Source: Nitrospirota bacterium (GTDB lineage Bacteria > Nitrospirota > JACRHJ01). Taken from it: a stretch of DNA of 64,000 nucleotides. Both the position numbers and the translations under genes were made by a program. Below are positions 50,262-61,234 of the stretch, one piece after another. Location of the stretch: assembly GCA_963845245.1 (NCBI GenBank), contig CAWJRJ010000014.1, forward strand, positions 118,389 to 182,388, in the 5' to 3' direction. The notes beneath the pieces are model-generated. The model was not told the DNA's origin. It searched no databases and worked only from the letters and a program-made list of their open reading frames with translations. Position 1 is the stretch's first letter. The number at the start of each line of letters is the position of its first letter.

Positions 50262-52142
50262 ATGAGGCGACGCAAGACTTTCCGCTTGTGGGCGATGCTT
50301 TCATTGTTCGTGGCTTGCCTGCCCCTCACGACCGCCTCGCAGGACACCTACTTCAGCCTTCGAAAATACGTCACCGGCACGGCCTCGACCCTTCGCATCT
50401 GGATCGCCGCACTGGACACCACGACCGGAGAGGTCACGATCAGCGGCGTGGATACGGCCCAGCCAACGACGCCGTTCACGTTTTCGTGGGGGGATGGGAC
50501 GATCGACACGGGTTCCTTTCCCCGCAAATACACCTATCAGGACCTGACCCGAAACTACACCGTGAAGATCACGGCCCATTATGCCGATGAAAAGACGGGC
50601 GAGGCTGAAATTCTCGTCTTCTTCGTCGCACCGCCGGTGTCGCCCCAACCCTTGCCTTCCTCATTGTCCGTCACCATTCCCGACCATCCCATCACCTTGG
50701 GCAGCCATGTGTCCGGCTTCACACCCCCATCCAACCTGACATTTTTCGACGACACGATTTTCACGGTGATCCCCAGGGTCACGGCCGAGTACGTTCTATC
50801 GGCGGCGGCCACGGTGGAGGAGGACTTCGTCAACGGGAACCGCCTCACGGTCGGCGGCGGCTTCCAGCAAGTGATCTTGAGGGACCCTCTTTCACAGGGC
50901 GCCCAGGCCCTCTTCTACGCCAGTCCGCCAGCCATTGCCTCGGGTGACTACCAGCTCACGGGCTCGTTCAAGTGGTCCGTCTTCATCCACGAGGCGGCGC
51001 ACAACTTCCAATTGAACTCCCCGGCGGACTTCTGTTTCGGCTGCAAGGTCGATGGAAGGGGAGGGTACTATCTGTGGGAGGGTGTCGCCAGGATCTTCCA
51101 GTGCGCCGCGGCTTGCGAATTGATCAACGGCGGCGAACGGTATGGCCTTGGGCAGGAGCTGTCTTCCGACATAGGCCAGAGCACCATCGACATGCTCAAG
51201 GAAATCCGGGGCCACTACGAAGATTATTTGCGGACGGGGATGCCCTTCCGCTCTTATGAAGACCCGGCCACGTCAGAAAGGGAGACCTACGACACGTTCT
51301 GTACGCTGGCGACCCTCTTCGTCCTCCACGCCGAGGAGGAGGATCTCGGGTATCGCGTGCCCGTCAAGCGGATGATGAAACTCCTGCAGACCTGGGACCA
51401 GGCGGCCTTTGACAAGTACGACTCGAAGCACGACACACCCGAGGCTTCGGCCTTCCGTTCCACCTTCATGGTCGCGGCCCTCTCCTTCGCCTTCCGGCGG
51501 GACCTGCGATCGGAGTTCAGGGCGCTCAACTTCCCCATCACCGACGCGGACTATGAGGACCTGTGGCAGAAGGCGGACACGGACACGGCAGATTTCAGCC
51601 TGAGCGTGACGCCGGCCTCTCTCACGGTTCCCATGGGCGGAACCGCCACGTGCACCATCGAGATCGCCGCCCTGGGCGGGCTCACGCATACCGTCGAACT
51701 TCGCAGTCGCATGACTACCCCGATGGCGGGAGTGAGCCTGGCGCTTTCGGACAAGACCGTGGAGCCGGGAGGCACAACGACCCTGGCCGTCACGGCGGAC
51801 CCCGGCGCCCAGCCGTCTTCGTCTTCCATCCGGCTTCAGGCCGCCGGGGAATACACCGCCCACGGGGCGGACCTTTCCGTGACTGTGATCTCGGTCCCGA
51901 TTATCAGTGCGGCTTCGTTCGATGGAAAGAAGTCGCTGGTCATGCAAGGTAGTTGGTTCGGGATCAGCCCGCGGGTCCTCATCAATGGGGCCGATCGAAC
52001 GGCGCGGATCACCAGCGCGACCGACACGGCGATCGCGCTGAAAGGCAAGAAGACCAAGCTCGGCCTCCACAAAGGCGACAACACGCTCCAAGTCATCGAT
52101 TCGGCGGGAGCCAGCTCCAGCGAATTCATCCTGCACCTCTGA
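50262..52142 (+). CDS. Secreted multidomain protein: PKD-like, HExxH metallopeptidase-like and Ig-like domains
   Basis: SD GGAGG, signal peptide, FSWGDG PKD motif, FIHEAAHNF...WEG, DFSLSV.P..L.V..G Ig repeats. Confidence 0.65.
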   Translation: MRRRKTFRLWAMLSLFVACLPLTTASQDTYFSLRKYVTGTASTLRIWIAALDTTTGEVTISGVDTAQPTTPFTFSWGDGTIDTGSFPRKYTYQDLTRNYTVKITAHYADEKTGEAEILVFFVAPPVSPQPLPSSLSVTIPDHPITLGSHVSGFTPPSNLTFFDDTIFTVIPRVTAEYVLSAAATVEEDFVNGNRLTVGGGFQQVILRDPLSQGAQALFYASPPAIASGDYQLTGSFKWSVFIHEAAHNFQLNSPADFCFGCKVDGRGGYYLWEGVARIFQCAAACELINGGERYGLGQELSSDIGQSTIDMLKEIRGHYEDYLRTGMPFRSYEDPATSERETYDTFCTLATLFVLHAEEEDLGYRVPVKRMMKLLQTWDQAAFDKYDSKHDTPEASAFRSTFMVAALSFAFRRDLRSEFRALNFPITDADYEDLWQKADTDTADFSLSVTPASLTVPMGGTATCTIEIAALGGLTHTVELRSRMTTPMAGVSLALSDKTVEPGGTTTLAVTADPGAQPSSSSIRLQAAGEYTAHGADLSVTVISVPIISAASFDGKKSLVMQGSWFGISPRVLINGADRTARITSATDTAIALKGKKTKLGLHKGDNTLQVIDSAGASSSEFILHL

Positions 52143-52453
52143 TTGACGCCAGCATCGTGCCTGGGTGCATCAGCCTAAGAGCCACGGGGAATTTCAAGAG
52201 TTAAAGAGGGTCAAGGAAAGAGGGTCTCATCTTGCATTTCAGCACCAGCCTCCGGGAGCTTTGCGAGAGAGAGCACCTGGTCTCGATCATCTAAGCAGTT
52301 CTCTATTCCTCTGGAAATTGGACGAAAGCGTTCATCGGTAAAGTCGTGACGGCGAATGTTCGACTCTGGAAAGTCGCTCCCACAAGAAGTAACTCACCGA
52401 GAACATTCCTCTCTCAAAAATCGTATCATTGGAGAAACTAGAAGGAGACTGCC

Positions 52454-53665
52454 ATGAGGACCCTAGCGGCCACGATTCTGGTCCTTTGCCTCGTTGCGGT
52501 TACGGCCGCGGCGGCGGAACCGATCACAATCGGCGAAAAGGTGACGATTCAATCCAAAATCTTGGGTGAGGAGCGCACGATCCTCATCTCCACACCGGCC
52601 AACTATGCCAGGAGCACCGAGCGCTACCCGGTCCTCTACATGACCGACGGGGACGCCCACCTCACCCACACGCGGGGCACCGTGGACTTCCTGTCCCGGA
52701 ACGGCCTCATGCCGGACCTGATCATCGTGGGCGTCGTCAACACCGACCGCACGCGCGACCTCTCGCCCACCCATTGGGTCCCCCCGGCAGAGGCCGGCGA
52801 ACCGCCGCCGGGGCCGAACACCAGCGGAGGCGCCGACAAGTTCCTGGATTTCTTCGCCAAGGAGCTCTTCCCCTACGTCGAATCGCACTACCGCACCTCG
52901 CCGTACCGGATCTTCGCGGGGCACTCCCTCGGCGGGCTCCTGGCGCTGCACATCATGGTGGCGAGGCCCGACCTGTTCAACGCCTTCATCGCCGCGTCAC
53001 CCGCGCTGACCTGGGACGACGACTACCCCCTGCGCACGACGAAGGCGTTCTTCAAGGACCGCAAGGTGTTCCCAAAGACGCTCTTCGTGGCCATGGCGAA
53101 CGAGGAGGTGGGCGAACCCAAGCCCACGAAGCTTCGACCGGCTGTGCGCCACCCTGGGCGGCGTCAAGGCGGACGGGTTCGCCTGGGGCTCCATGCTCAT
53201 GGAGGACGAGACCCACGGCTCCGTGGTCCTGCGCTCCCACTACTGGGGCCTCCGCAAGATCTTCGACGGGTGGGCGCTCCCCGTGGACCCGAAGACCGGC
53301 CGCTACGCGGGCACCCTGGCGGACGTCAAGAGCCACTACGCCGCGCTCGGGAAGCGTCTGGGGATGCCCCTCCTGCCCCCCGAGCAGACGGTGAACCTGC
53401 TGGGGTACCAGTTCCTCTGGGCGGCTCCGGCGAGGAGGCCATCTCGATCTTCCGCTACAACGTCGAGCTCTACCCGGATTCCGCGAACGTCTACGACAGC
53501 CTGGGCGAGGCCCTGGAGCGCGCCGGGCGCATGGAGGAGGCCCTCTCCAATTACGGCAAGGCCGTGGAGAAGGCCCAGAAGGCGAAGGACAACCGGCTCG
53601 AGGTCTTCACCAAGAACCGGGACCGGGCCGCGGCCGCCGTCAAGAACACGAAGAAGACGCCCTGA
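52454..53665 (+). CDS. Secreted IroE/Fes-like esterase with C-terminal TPR (frameshifted)
   Basis: YPVLY.TDG, R.RDL.P, GGA..F..F...EL.P, GHSLGG, ETHGS, YP.SAN.YDSLGEA. Confidence 0.85.
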   Translation: MRTLAATILVLCLVAVTAAAAEPITIGEKVTIQSKILGEERTILISTPANYARSTERYPVLYMTDGDAHLTHTRGTVDFLSRNGLMPDLIIVGVVNTDRTRDLSPTHWVPPAEAGEPPPGPNTSGGADKFLDFFAKELFPYVESHYRTSPYRIFAGHSLGGLLALHIMVARPDLFNAFIAASPALTWDDDYPLRTTKAFFKDRKVFPKTLFVAMANEEVGEPKPTKLRPAVRHPGRRQGGRVRLGLHAHGGRDPRLRGPALPLLGPPQDLRRVGAPRGPEDRPLRGHPGGRQEPLRRAREASGDAPPAPRADGEPAGVPVPLGGSGEEAISIFRYNVELYPDSANVYDSLGEALERAGRMEEALSNYGKAVEKAQKAKDNRLEVFTKNRDRAAAAVKNTKKTP

Positions 53666-53700
53666 GGGGCGGACCAAGAACCGCTACTTAGGAGGGGGAC

Positions 53701-55603
53701 ATGTCCATCCTGGCGAGAGTTTTCCGCCTGTTCGCTGCTCGTCGCGGCAGCCGCCGCAGGCCTGTGCGTGCGGGGCCCAGGAAGGGCCCGTGGACTTCGG
53801 CTCGGACCGCTGGATGATGGTCGACGCCCAGGTGACCGAGCACCTGGGCCGGAAGAGCCTCGCCGGGACGGCCTTCCTGAAGGACGCGGCGTTCGAGAAC
53901 GGCGTCATCGAGGTGGACGTGGCGTGCAGCGGCGCCCGCTCCTACCCGGGCGTCGTGTTCCGCATCCAGCGCCCGGGCGAGTCGGAGCGCGTCTACATCC
54001 GCCCGCACCGCTCGGGCCCCGGCGGGCTACCCGGACGTGGTCCAGTACGTGCCCACGTTCAGCGGCGTGGACAGCTGGCAGCTCTACAACGGGGAGGGCT
54101 TCACCGCCCTGGCCACCATCCCCGCCGGCCAGTGGCTGCACGTCAGGATCGAGGTCAAGGGCACCCAGGCCAGGGTGTTCATCGGCGAGGCGAGACAAGC
54201 CGGCCCTCCTCATCCACGACCTGAAGCACGGCGTGAGCAAGGGGACCGTCGGCCTCAACGGGCCGAAGGACGGCTCCGCCTTCTTCTCCAACTTCAGCTA
54301 CCGGACCGATGACAAGCTTGAAGTTCGACCCGCCGCCAAGGGTCGACACGCCCCCCGGCCTCGTCACCGAGTGGCAGGTCTCCCAGCCCTTCAAGGCGTG
54401 GCAGATCGACCGGGACAAAGACCCTCAGGCCCAGAAGCTGCCCGCCCTCACCTGGAAAGGGGTCAGGAGCGACCCCTCCGGGCTGGTGGATATCGCCCGG
54501 ACCTACGGGCGCCTGGGTCCCGGTCCCGACTGCATCCTGGCCAAGACGGTCATCGAGGCGGACGAGGACGAGATCAGAAAATACCGGTTCGGCTACAGCG
54601 ACGAGATCACGGTCTTCCTGAACGGAAAGCCGCTCTTCTCCGGCGACAGCACCTACAGGTTCCGCGACCCCTCGTTCCTCGGAATCGTGGGGACCTTCGA
54701 CGCCGCCTACCTCCCCCTGAAGAAGGGGAGCAACGAACTTCTCTTCGTAATCACCGAGAACATGGGGGGCTGGGGGTTCATCTGCCAGGACGCGAACGCC
54801 GTCTTCGAGGCGCCCGGCGTGAAGGAAGCCTGGAGGACGCCGCCCGAGTTCGCCATGCCCGAGACCGTGGCCTACGACCCGTCGCGGAAGGTTTTCTACG
54901 TCTCCAGCTACGACGGTTTCAACCCCAGCCTGGGCGAGGGCAAGCAGTCCATCGCGAGGGTCTCCTCGGACGGGAAGACCGTGGACCTGACGTGGGTCGG
55001 CGGGCTCAAGAACCACGCGGGGCTGGCGATCTCTGGAGACAAGCTCTACGCCGCTGGAAGCCACCAGCCTGGTCGAGGTGGACATCCCCTCGGCCAAGCT
55101 CGTGAAGCGGACGCCGGTCCCGGGCGCCATGTTCCTCAACGACCTCGCCGTCGGGCCCGGCGGCGCGATCTACCTGTCGGACTCCGGCGCGGGCGTGATC
55201 TTCCGCTTCGCGGGCGGGAAGATCGAGGAGTGGCTGAAGGGGCCGGAGATCGGCCGCCCCAACGGCCTCCACGTCAGCGGCGGGGAGCTCCTCGTGGGCA
55301 ACAACGCGGACGGCCGCCTCAAGGCCGTGAACCTCTCCACGAAGGCGGTCCGCACGGTCGCCGCCCTGGGGGCGGGCATCATCGACGGCATCGAGACGGA
55401 GCCCGGACGGGAGCATCCTCGTGTCCCACAACGAGGGGCGGCTCTTCCGCGTGTCGCCCTCCGGTGAGGTCACCAAGCTCCTCGACACCTCCGTGCCGGG
55501 GCAGCCCATCGCCAACTTCGCCTTCGTCCCCGATATGGGGCTCGTCGTGATCCCCACGTGGACCGACAACCGCGTGGTCGCCTACGCCATCCCGAAGCTG
55601 TGA
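53701..55603 (+). CDS. Secreted protein with DUF1080-like beta-sandwich and SMP-30/gluconolactonase-like propeller (multiple frameshifts)
   Basis: F.NG.IE.DV, W.HV.I.V.G domain; PETV.YD, FLND.AV...G..Y.SDS, PNGL, DGI propeller motifs across successive frames. Confidence 0.65.
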
Positions 55604-55628
55604 ACTGCCGCAGGATGGGAGCGCTTCG

Positions 55629-56890
55629 ATGAGACATCCGCAGGTGTTGGTTTTTTTCCTCGCGGCGGCGCTGGGCCTCGGCGCAAGGAGCACGGCTCGG
55701 GCGCAAGCCTCAGACACGGTACCGGCGCTGGCCAACTCGCCCGCTATGCCGCGCATGGCCACGGTGCCCTTCACCCTGGACCACAACCGGATGTTCGTGG
55801 AGGTGGAGTTCGTCCGCCCCGGAGGCACGGCCCGGAAAGCGCGTGCGTGGGTGGACACGGGCAGCGAGACCCTCACGTTGGTGGAGCCGCTGGCGCGCGA
55901 CCTCGGCCTCGACTGTTCGGGGTTGAAGCAGGGAGGGGCGGGCGATTCCGTACATTCGTCGTCCCCGGCCCCGCCATGCGCCTGGGGGGCATGCCCCTCG
56001 ACGTGGCGGGGATCAAGGTGAAGGTGTCCCCGGGGACCTGCCTGTGGCCGGGCCTGCCCGCCGAGGCGACCCTGCCCGCCAGCGCCCTCAGGCACGATCA
56101 CGTCATCCTCGACTACCCGTCCCTGCGCATCACGGTCGCCCGTCCGGGCACCGTGATGCCGCGCGGCGAGGCGGTCCCCTGCCGCGTCAATGCCGAGACA
56201 GGCCTTTTTGCGATCGCCGCGGTTCTGAACGGTGAGACCGTGCAGATGGGCGTGGACAACGGCTCGGCGGGCACCTGGGTCTCCGACACGCTCACCGCCG
56301 ACTGGATGGCCTGCCACCCCGACTGGCCCCACGCGATAGGCGCCGCGGGCTCGACGAACTTCTTCGGCTTCCCCTTCGAATCACGGGGGACGCTCATGCG
56401 CCTGCCGGAACTGGGGATCGGAACGCTGCGCGCGAAAGACGTCGCCGTGCTCGGGTTGCCCCAGGGCCTGTTCGACTGGTACTCCAAGAAATCGGCCTGT
56501 CCCGTCGTCGGGTTCATCGGCGCAAACGTCTTGAAGGGCTTCCGCATCGAGATCGACTTCCCAAATAGAATGACCTACTGGGAGGCAGGCCCACCGCATG
56601 GAATGACGTCTTGGTCCGGCGACCTGGACATCGTCGGCCTGACCCTCCGGCCAGAGGTGGGCGGCGCCTATACCATCGCGGGAGTGATCACGAAGGAGGG
56701 TAAGCCGGCCGTCGCGGGTGTACAGCCGGGAGACCGCCTGATCTGCGTGGGTTCGTTCGACACCTCGGGCGCGCCCATGGGCACGGTGGTAGACGCCCTG
56801 CGCGGCAAGCCCGGCGACACGCGAACCCTCGTGATCGAGCGGGACGGCAAGCGGGTCAACGTCGAAGCAGTCGTAGCGAGACTTCCCTAG
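55629..56890 (+). CDS. Secreted aspartyl protease (two retropepsin-like lobes) with PDZ domain (frameshifted)
   Basis: VDTGS and VDNGS lobes, G.IG..VL..F...IDF, C-terminal G.QPGD.L...L.G.PG PDZ. Confidence 0.8.
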
Positions 56891-56932
56891 ACCCCATCCA
56901 AAAATAGGGCTTTGAAAGGGTTGGAGCAGGCT

Positions 56933-57534
56933 TCAGCCGTGCCATGTGGCCTTGTAGAGGCAGGCCGGGGCACCGTCCAGGACGCACTCCGTGTGCTGGA
57001 GGCTGACGTCGGTCTTCCCGCCCATTTCCAAAATCTGTTCGAGCCACCGGCAAAGTCCTCGCAGAAGGCCTTCGAGACGGGGTGGAATCCGCTGATGCAC
57101 GCTACGCCCCCGGCGTCGTGGAACTCCTCGGCGCTCAGGCTCCCGGCGCTGTAATACATGCCCCACATGGATCCAGCAATCTTGAGCCATGTCTTCATGT
57201 TGGCGAGCTTGAGGAGGACCTTGTGGAAGGACGTTGCCTCGGTCTTGGCGGTGTAGCGCCCAATTTCTCGGCACAACTTGAAATCGCCCGTGCCGAAAGC
57301 CCGGTCGATCCCCTCGTAGAGCCCCACCTGGTACTTGAAGGGATACCATGTGGAGGAGAGTACGGGGGCGCTCAAAGCCTGCCGCAGGTCCGGGTCCAGA
57401 AGGGGCAGGACCCTTTCCATGGCCCCGGCGCCGAAGCGCGCTTCCACGAACGCCATAGCGCCCTTGAGGGTGAACCCCTTGCTGCGGATCGTGTCCGGGG
57501 CAGGCAGACGGGAAAGGTCCGATGTTTCGGGCAT
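56933..57534 (-). CDS. Hypothetical protein, DUF2378/H-NOX-V4R-like (frameshifted)
   Basis: KG.......FV...FG, L...WYP, W..YY..G, final C...G...C.Y...W pattern. Confidence 0.55.
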
Positions 57535-57665
57535 GATGCCCTCCTTACCGCTGAAATATAGGTCCCTCCTCACCGGCGTTCAACAGCGGTCAAGATCTCA
57601 AACCGCACGATGACGCGGGAAGCGAGGCGTCAAAGGCCAACGGGGACGGGTATTTAGGCGGCCCC

Positions 57666-57727
57666 TTGACTTCTGGATCGGACGGTCCTAGATTGGGTTC
57701 GATAACTGGTCAGACCTCTTACCAGTT
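57666..57727 (+). promoter_or_regulatory. fadR promoter and FadR-type operator
   Basis: TTGACT-17 bp-TAGATT followed by AACTGGTCAGACCTCTTACCAGTT inverted repeat. Confidence 0.7.
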
Positions 57728-57758
57728 GTCTTACCCGTTGGCCAGGGGGGACCTCTTC

Positions 57759-58521
57759 ATGAAGCCTTCCACCTCTCTTCAAAAACCCGCCTTGCACGCG
57801 GAGCAGTCGCTCATCACGGCGATCCTGGAAGGGGAGTTCCCCTCCGGATCGGCCCTCCCGGCCGAGCGCGACCTGGCCCAAAGGCTGTCCGTGACCCGCC
57901 CCACCCTTCGCGAGGTCCTTGGACGATTGGAACGGGACGGCTGGCTCAGCATCCGGCAAGGCAAATCAACTATCGTCAACGATATCTGGAGCAGTGGGGG
58001 CCTGAACGTGGTGAGCGGCATCGTGAGGCATGCGCGCGTCCTCCCGCCCGAGTTCGTGCCCAATCTCCTGGAGCTGAGGCTGCTCATGTCGCCCTTCTAT
58101 GCCCGCGCGGCCGTCGAACGCGCCGCGCCCGACGTCGGCACCTTCCTCTCGGGATACACCAAGCTCCCCGACACGGCGCGGGCCTTTGCGTCGTTCGACT
58201 GGAAGCTCCACCACCTCCTCACCATGGCCTCGGGCAACCCCATTTTCACCCTGATCCTGAACGGTTTCTCGGGCTTTTACGAGCGGATGGCGCGGGTGTA
58301 CTTCCGCCGTGCAGAGGCGAGGGACGCCTCCCGGGCGTTCTACGCGGCCCTCCTCAAATCGGCAGCTCGCGAGGACGGCCCCGCCGCCGAGCGCGCGACC
58401 CGCCGGGTGATGGCCGCAAGCCTCCAGCTCTGGCGCGAGGCCAGCGCGCCTCCCGAGACCCGTGCCGCGAAGAAGTTGCGCAGGACCAAGCGCAGAGACA
58501 CAACGCGGAGGCAAGCCATGA
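57759..58521 (+). CDS. fadR: Fatty acid metabolism regulator, E. coli-type FadR (GntR HTH + FadR_C)
   Basis: LPAER.LA..L.VTR.TLRE.L.RL.RDGWL.I..GK.T.VN..W...GLN; NP.F.LILNG..G.Y...A..YF; 3' end approximate. Confidence 0.85.
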
Positions 58522-58537
58522 GGCGCTGGAACGGCTG

Positions 58538-58795
58538 CTGTCCTCCCTGGCGCAGGGACATCCGGCGGCGGCCTTCTCCTATCATCCCTTCGCCTTCATC
58601 CTGTTGCCTCTATTCCTGGTGCTTGCGACCCACAACTTCCTGCCGATTCCGGTCCGGGCAACGGCTGCAGGCGTTCTGCGGCCGGCACGACCACCTGATC
58701 CGGCGGGGCTACCACCGGCTTCATCTACGCATTTGTGGCGTTTGGAGTGCTGCGTATGCTGGCCTTTGCGGTGGCCGGCGGGCTGCAAATCTAGC
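58538..58795 (+). CDS. C-terminal fragment of a DUF2752-like membrane protein
   Basis: LSSLAQGHPAAAFSYHPFAFILLP reading begins abruptly at the junction; frameshifted; coordinates approximate. Confidence 0.35.
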
Positions 58796-58813
58796 TTCCG
58801 AGGAGGGTTCCCG

Positions 58814-59068
58814 ATGCTGTTTGCACTGGCTATGTTGTTCGACCTGGTCGTCTTCGCCTGCTCGATCATCATCCTGATCCACGCCTTCAAGAATGGCGGG
58901 GTGCTGCAGGGATTTCTCTGCCTTTGCATACCCTTCTATATCCTCTACTACGCCTTCGCGAAGTTCGAGCACGAGAAGAAGAACATGATTCTCGGCGCTT
59001 GGCTCGGATCTGCTGTGCTCGTGGGAGTGCTGATTGCGCTGCAGATTATGTCTGCGGCTCACTCCTAA
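58814..59068 (+). CDS. Small membrane protein
   Basis: SD AGGAGG; I.ILI.AF..G...G..CL.IP.Y..YY.F hydrophobic 84 aa. Confidence 0.65.
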   Translation: MLFALAMLFDLVVFACSIIILIHAFKNGGVLQGFLCLCIPFYILYYAFAKFEHEKKNMILGAWLGSAVLVGVLIALQIMSAAHS

Positions 59069-59386
59069 GCCCGATTTGCCGTTATTCGGAACGGTCAGGG
59101 CGCGGGCCCGGCTTTACCGGCCCCGGGGGTTACGCCGGCCCGGCTGGCGGGACTATAATCGTCCCTGGAGTTCCGCATGAGCCTCACTCGCCGAACTTTG
59201 GAATCGCCGCAGCACGGGGCCGCCGCCCGCGGCCTGCATCCCGTGCTGCCGGCGCAGTCGCGTCCCAACCTCTTCGCCGGGGACTAGTCTCTCTCCTCGC
59301 CCGTCGCCGCCCCGACGAGTCCTCCGGGGCCTTGCTCCGCCCGTCCCGCAAAGCGGGACCAACCAATCTCGCGAGGAGAAAAAAAC

Positions 59387-60746
59387 ATGGCTTCCAAGAC
59401 GGCAACACTTTCCGGCCCCAGCATCAAGACCAAGCTGCCCGGGCCCAACGCGCAACGCGTTCTGGCGGGCGACGAGCGCTGGATCTCGCCCTCGTACACC
59501 CGCTCTTACCCGCTGGTGGCGCAAGCGCGGCCGCGGCGTGGTGGTCGAGGACGTGGACGGCAACGAGTTCCTCGACTTCTCCGCCGGCATCGCCGTGGTC
59601 TCCACCGGACACTGCCATCCCGAGGTGGTCGCCGCCATCCAGAAGCAGGCGGCCGAGCTGATCCACATGTCGGGCACCGACTTCTACTACGAGAACATGA
59701 TCACGCTGGCCGAGCGGCTCTCGCAAGATCGCGCCCATGCCCGGCCCGCACAGGTCTACTACGGCAACTCCGGCGCGGAGGCGATCGAAGCCGCGCTCAA
59801 GCTGGCGCGCTACCACACCCGGCGCCAGCACATCATCGCCTTCTTCGGCGCCTTCCACGGACGCACCATGGGCGCGCTGTCGCTGACCGTCGTCCAAGCC
59901 GCAGCAGCGCCGCCGCTTCGCGCCGCTGATGCCGGGCGTGACCCACGTGCCCTATCCCAACCTCTACCGCCGGCCCGCCGGCACGGACGCCGCCGAGTAC
60001 GCGCGCGACTGCGCCCGCTTCATCGAGGAGAAGCTCTTCAAGACCACGCTGCCGCCCGAGGAGGTGGCCGCCATCTTCGTGGAGCCGATCCAGGGCGAGG
60101 GCGGCTACCTGCCCGCGCCGCCGGAGTTCCTGCAGGAGCTGCGCCGCATCTGCGACAAGCACGGCATCCTGCTGGTGGCCGACGAAGTGCAGTCCGGCAT
60201 GGGACGCACCGGCAAGTGGTGGGCCATCGAGCACTCCGGCGTCGAGCCGGACATCATCTGCCGTGGCCAAGGGCATCGCCAGCGGCATGCCGCTGGGCGT
60301 GACTCATCACCCGCGCCGACATCATGGACTGGGTGCCGGGCTCGCACGCCTCCACCTTCGGCGGCAACCCGGTGTGCATCGCCGCGGCGCTGGCCACCAT
60401 GGACGTGATCGAGCGCGAGGCCATCGAAGAACGCCGCCGAGGTCGGCGACCACATCCTGGACCGCATCGGCGACTGGCCCGCCAAGCATCCCATCGTCGG
60501 CGACGTCCGCGGACGCGGCCTGATGATCGGCGTCGAGATCGTCACGGACAAGAAGACCAAAGCCACCGCCGCACGACGAGCGCGACCGCATCGTGGAGCT
60601 GGCGTTCGAGCACGGCATCCTCTTCCTGGGCGCCGGCGAGAACTCCATCCGCATCTGCGCCGCCGCTGATCGTCACCAAGGAGCAGGCGGACGTCGCGCT
60701 CGACGTGCTGGAAGAGTGCATCGCGCTGGTGGAGAAGAAGAAGTAG
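59387..60746 (+). CDS. Class-III PLP aminotransferase (acetylornithine/4-aminobutyrate family), frameshifted
   Basis: DVDGN.FLDF..GIAV...GH, NSGAEA.EAA.KLA, FHGRT, EPIQGEGG, DEVQSG.GRTG, AKG..SG.P, STFGGNP. Confidence 0.92.
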
Positions 60747-61193
60747 ATGGCAGGGAAACTGACCCGCCTGGCAGTTCGCGTCCTGGATGGGGCGGCGAAG
60801 CTCACGCTTCGTCCGCCCGCCGGGGCGCCGCATCTCGAGACCGGGCGCCGCGGGGAAGAGGAAGCCTACTTCCACCTGCGGCGGCTGGGCTACGTGATGG
60901 TGGCGCGCAACTACCGCTCCCCGCGCCGGCACGGCGAACTGGACCTGGTCGGCTGGGACGGCGACGTGCTCTGCTTCATCGAGGTGAAGACCCGCACCAC
61001 GCGCGCCGTGATGCCGGCCGAGGCCGCGGTGGACGCCGAGAAGCAGCGCGACCTGGCGCTGGTGGCCCGCGAGTATCTGCGCCGCGTGGCCGGCTCCCCC
61101 GCCTGGCGCTTCGACGTGGTCAGCGTGTATCTGGAGGAAGCCGGCGGCGCTCCCGACATCACCCTATTTAAGAATGCCTTCCCGATGTCGTAA
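60747..61193 (+). CDS. yraN: YraN-family (UPF0102) nuclease-like protein
   Basis: G..GE..A...L...GY....RNYR, GE.DL, F.EVKTR, RFDVV. Confidence 0.92.
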   Translation: MAGKLTRLAVRVLDGAAKLTLRPPAGAPHLETGRRGEEEAYFHLRRLGYVMVARNYRSPRRHGELDLVGWDGDVLCFIEVKTRTTRAVMPAEAAVDAEKQRDLALVAREYLRRVAGSPAWRFDVVSVYLEEAGGAPDITLFKNAFPMS

Positions 61194-61234
61194 GATACTC
61201 CGGCGGCGAACCACCTGCTGAAAGGAGCCGTTTT

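Noticed and set aside
52203..52226. AAAGAGGGTC direct repeat, possible REP remnant
   Set aside because: Only two short copies and no associated transposase in the window
57666..58877. 403-aa FadR fusion protein from the ORF track
   Set aside because: Read-through results from a probable frameshift plus the contig junction; the C-terminal part is not protein-like
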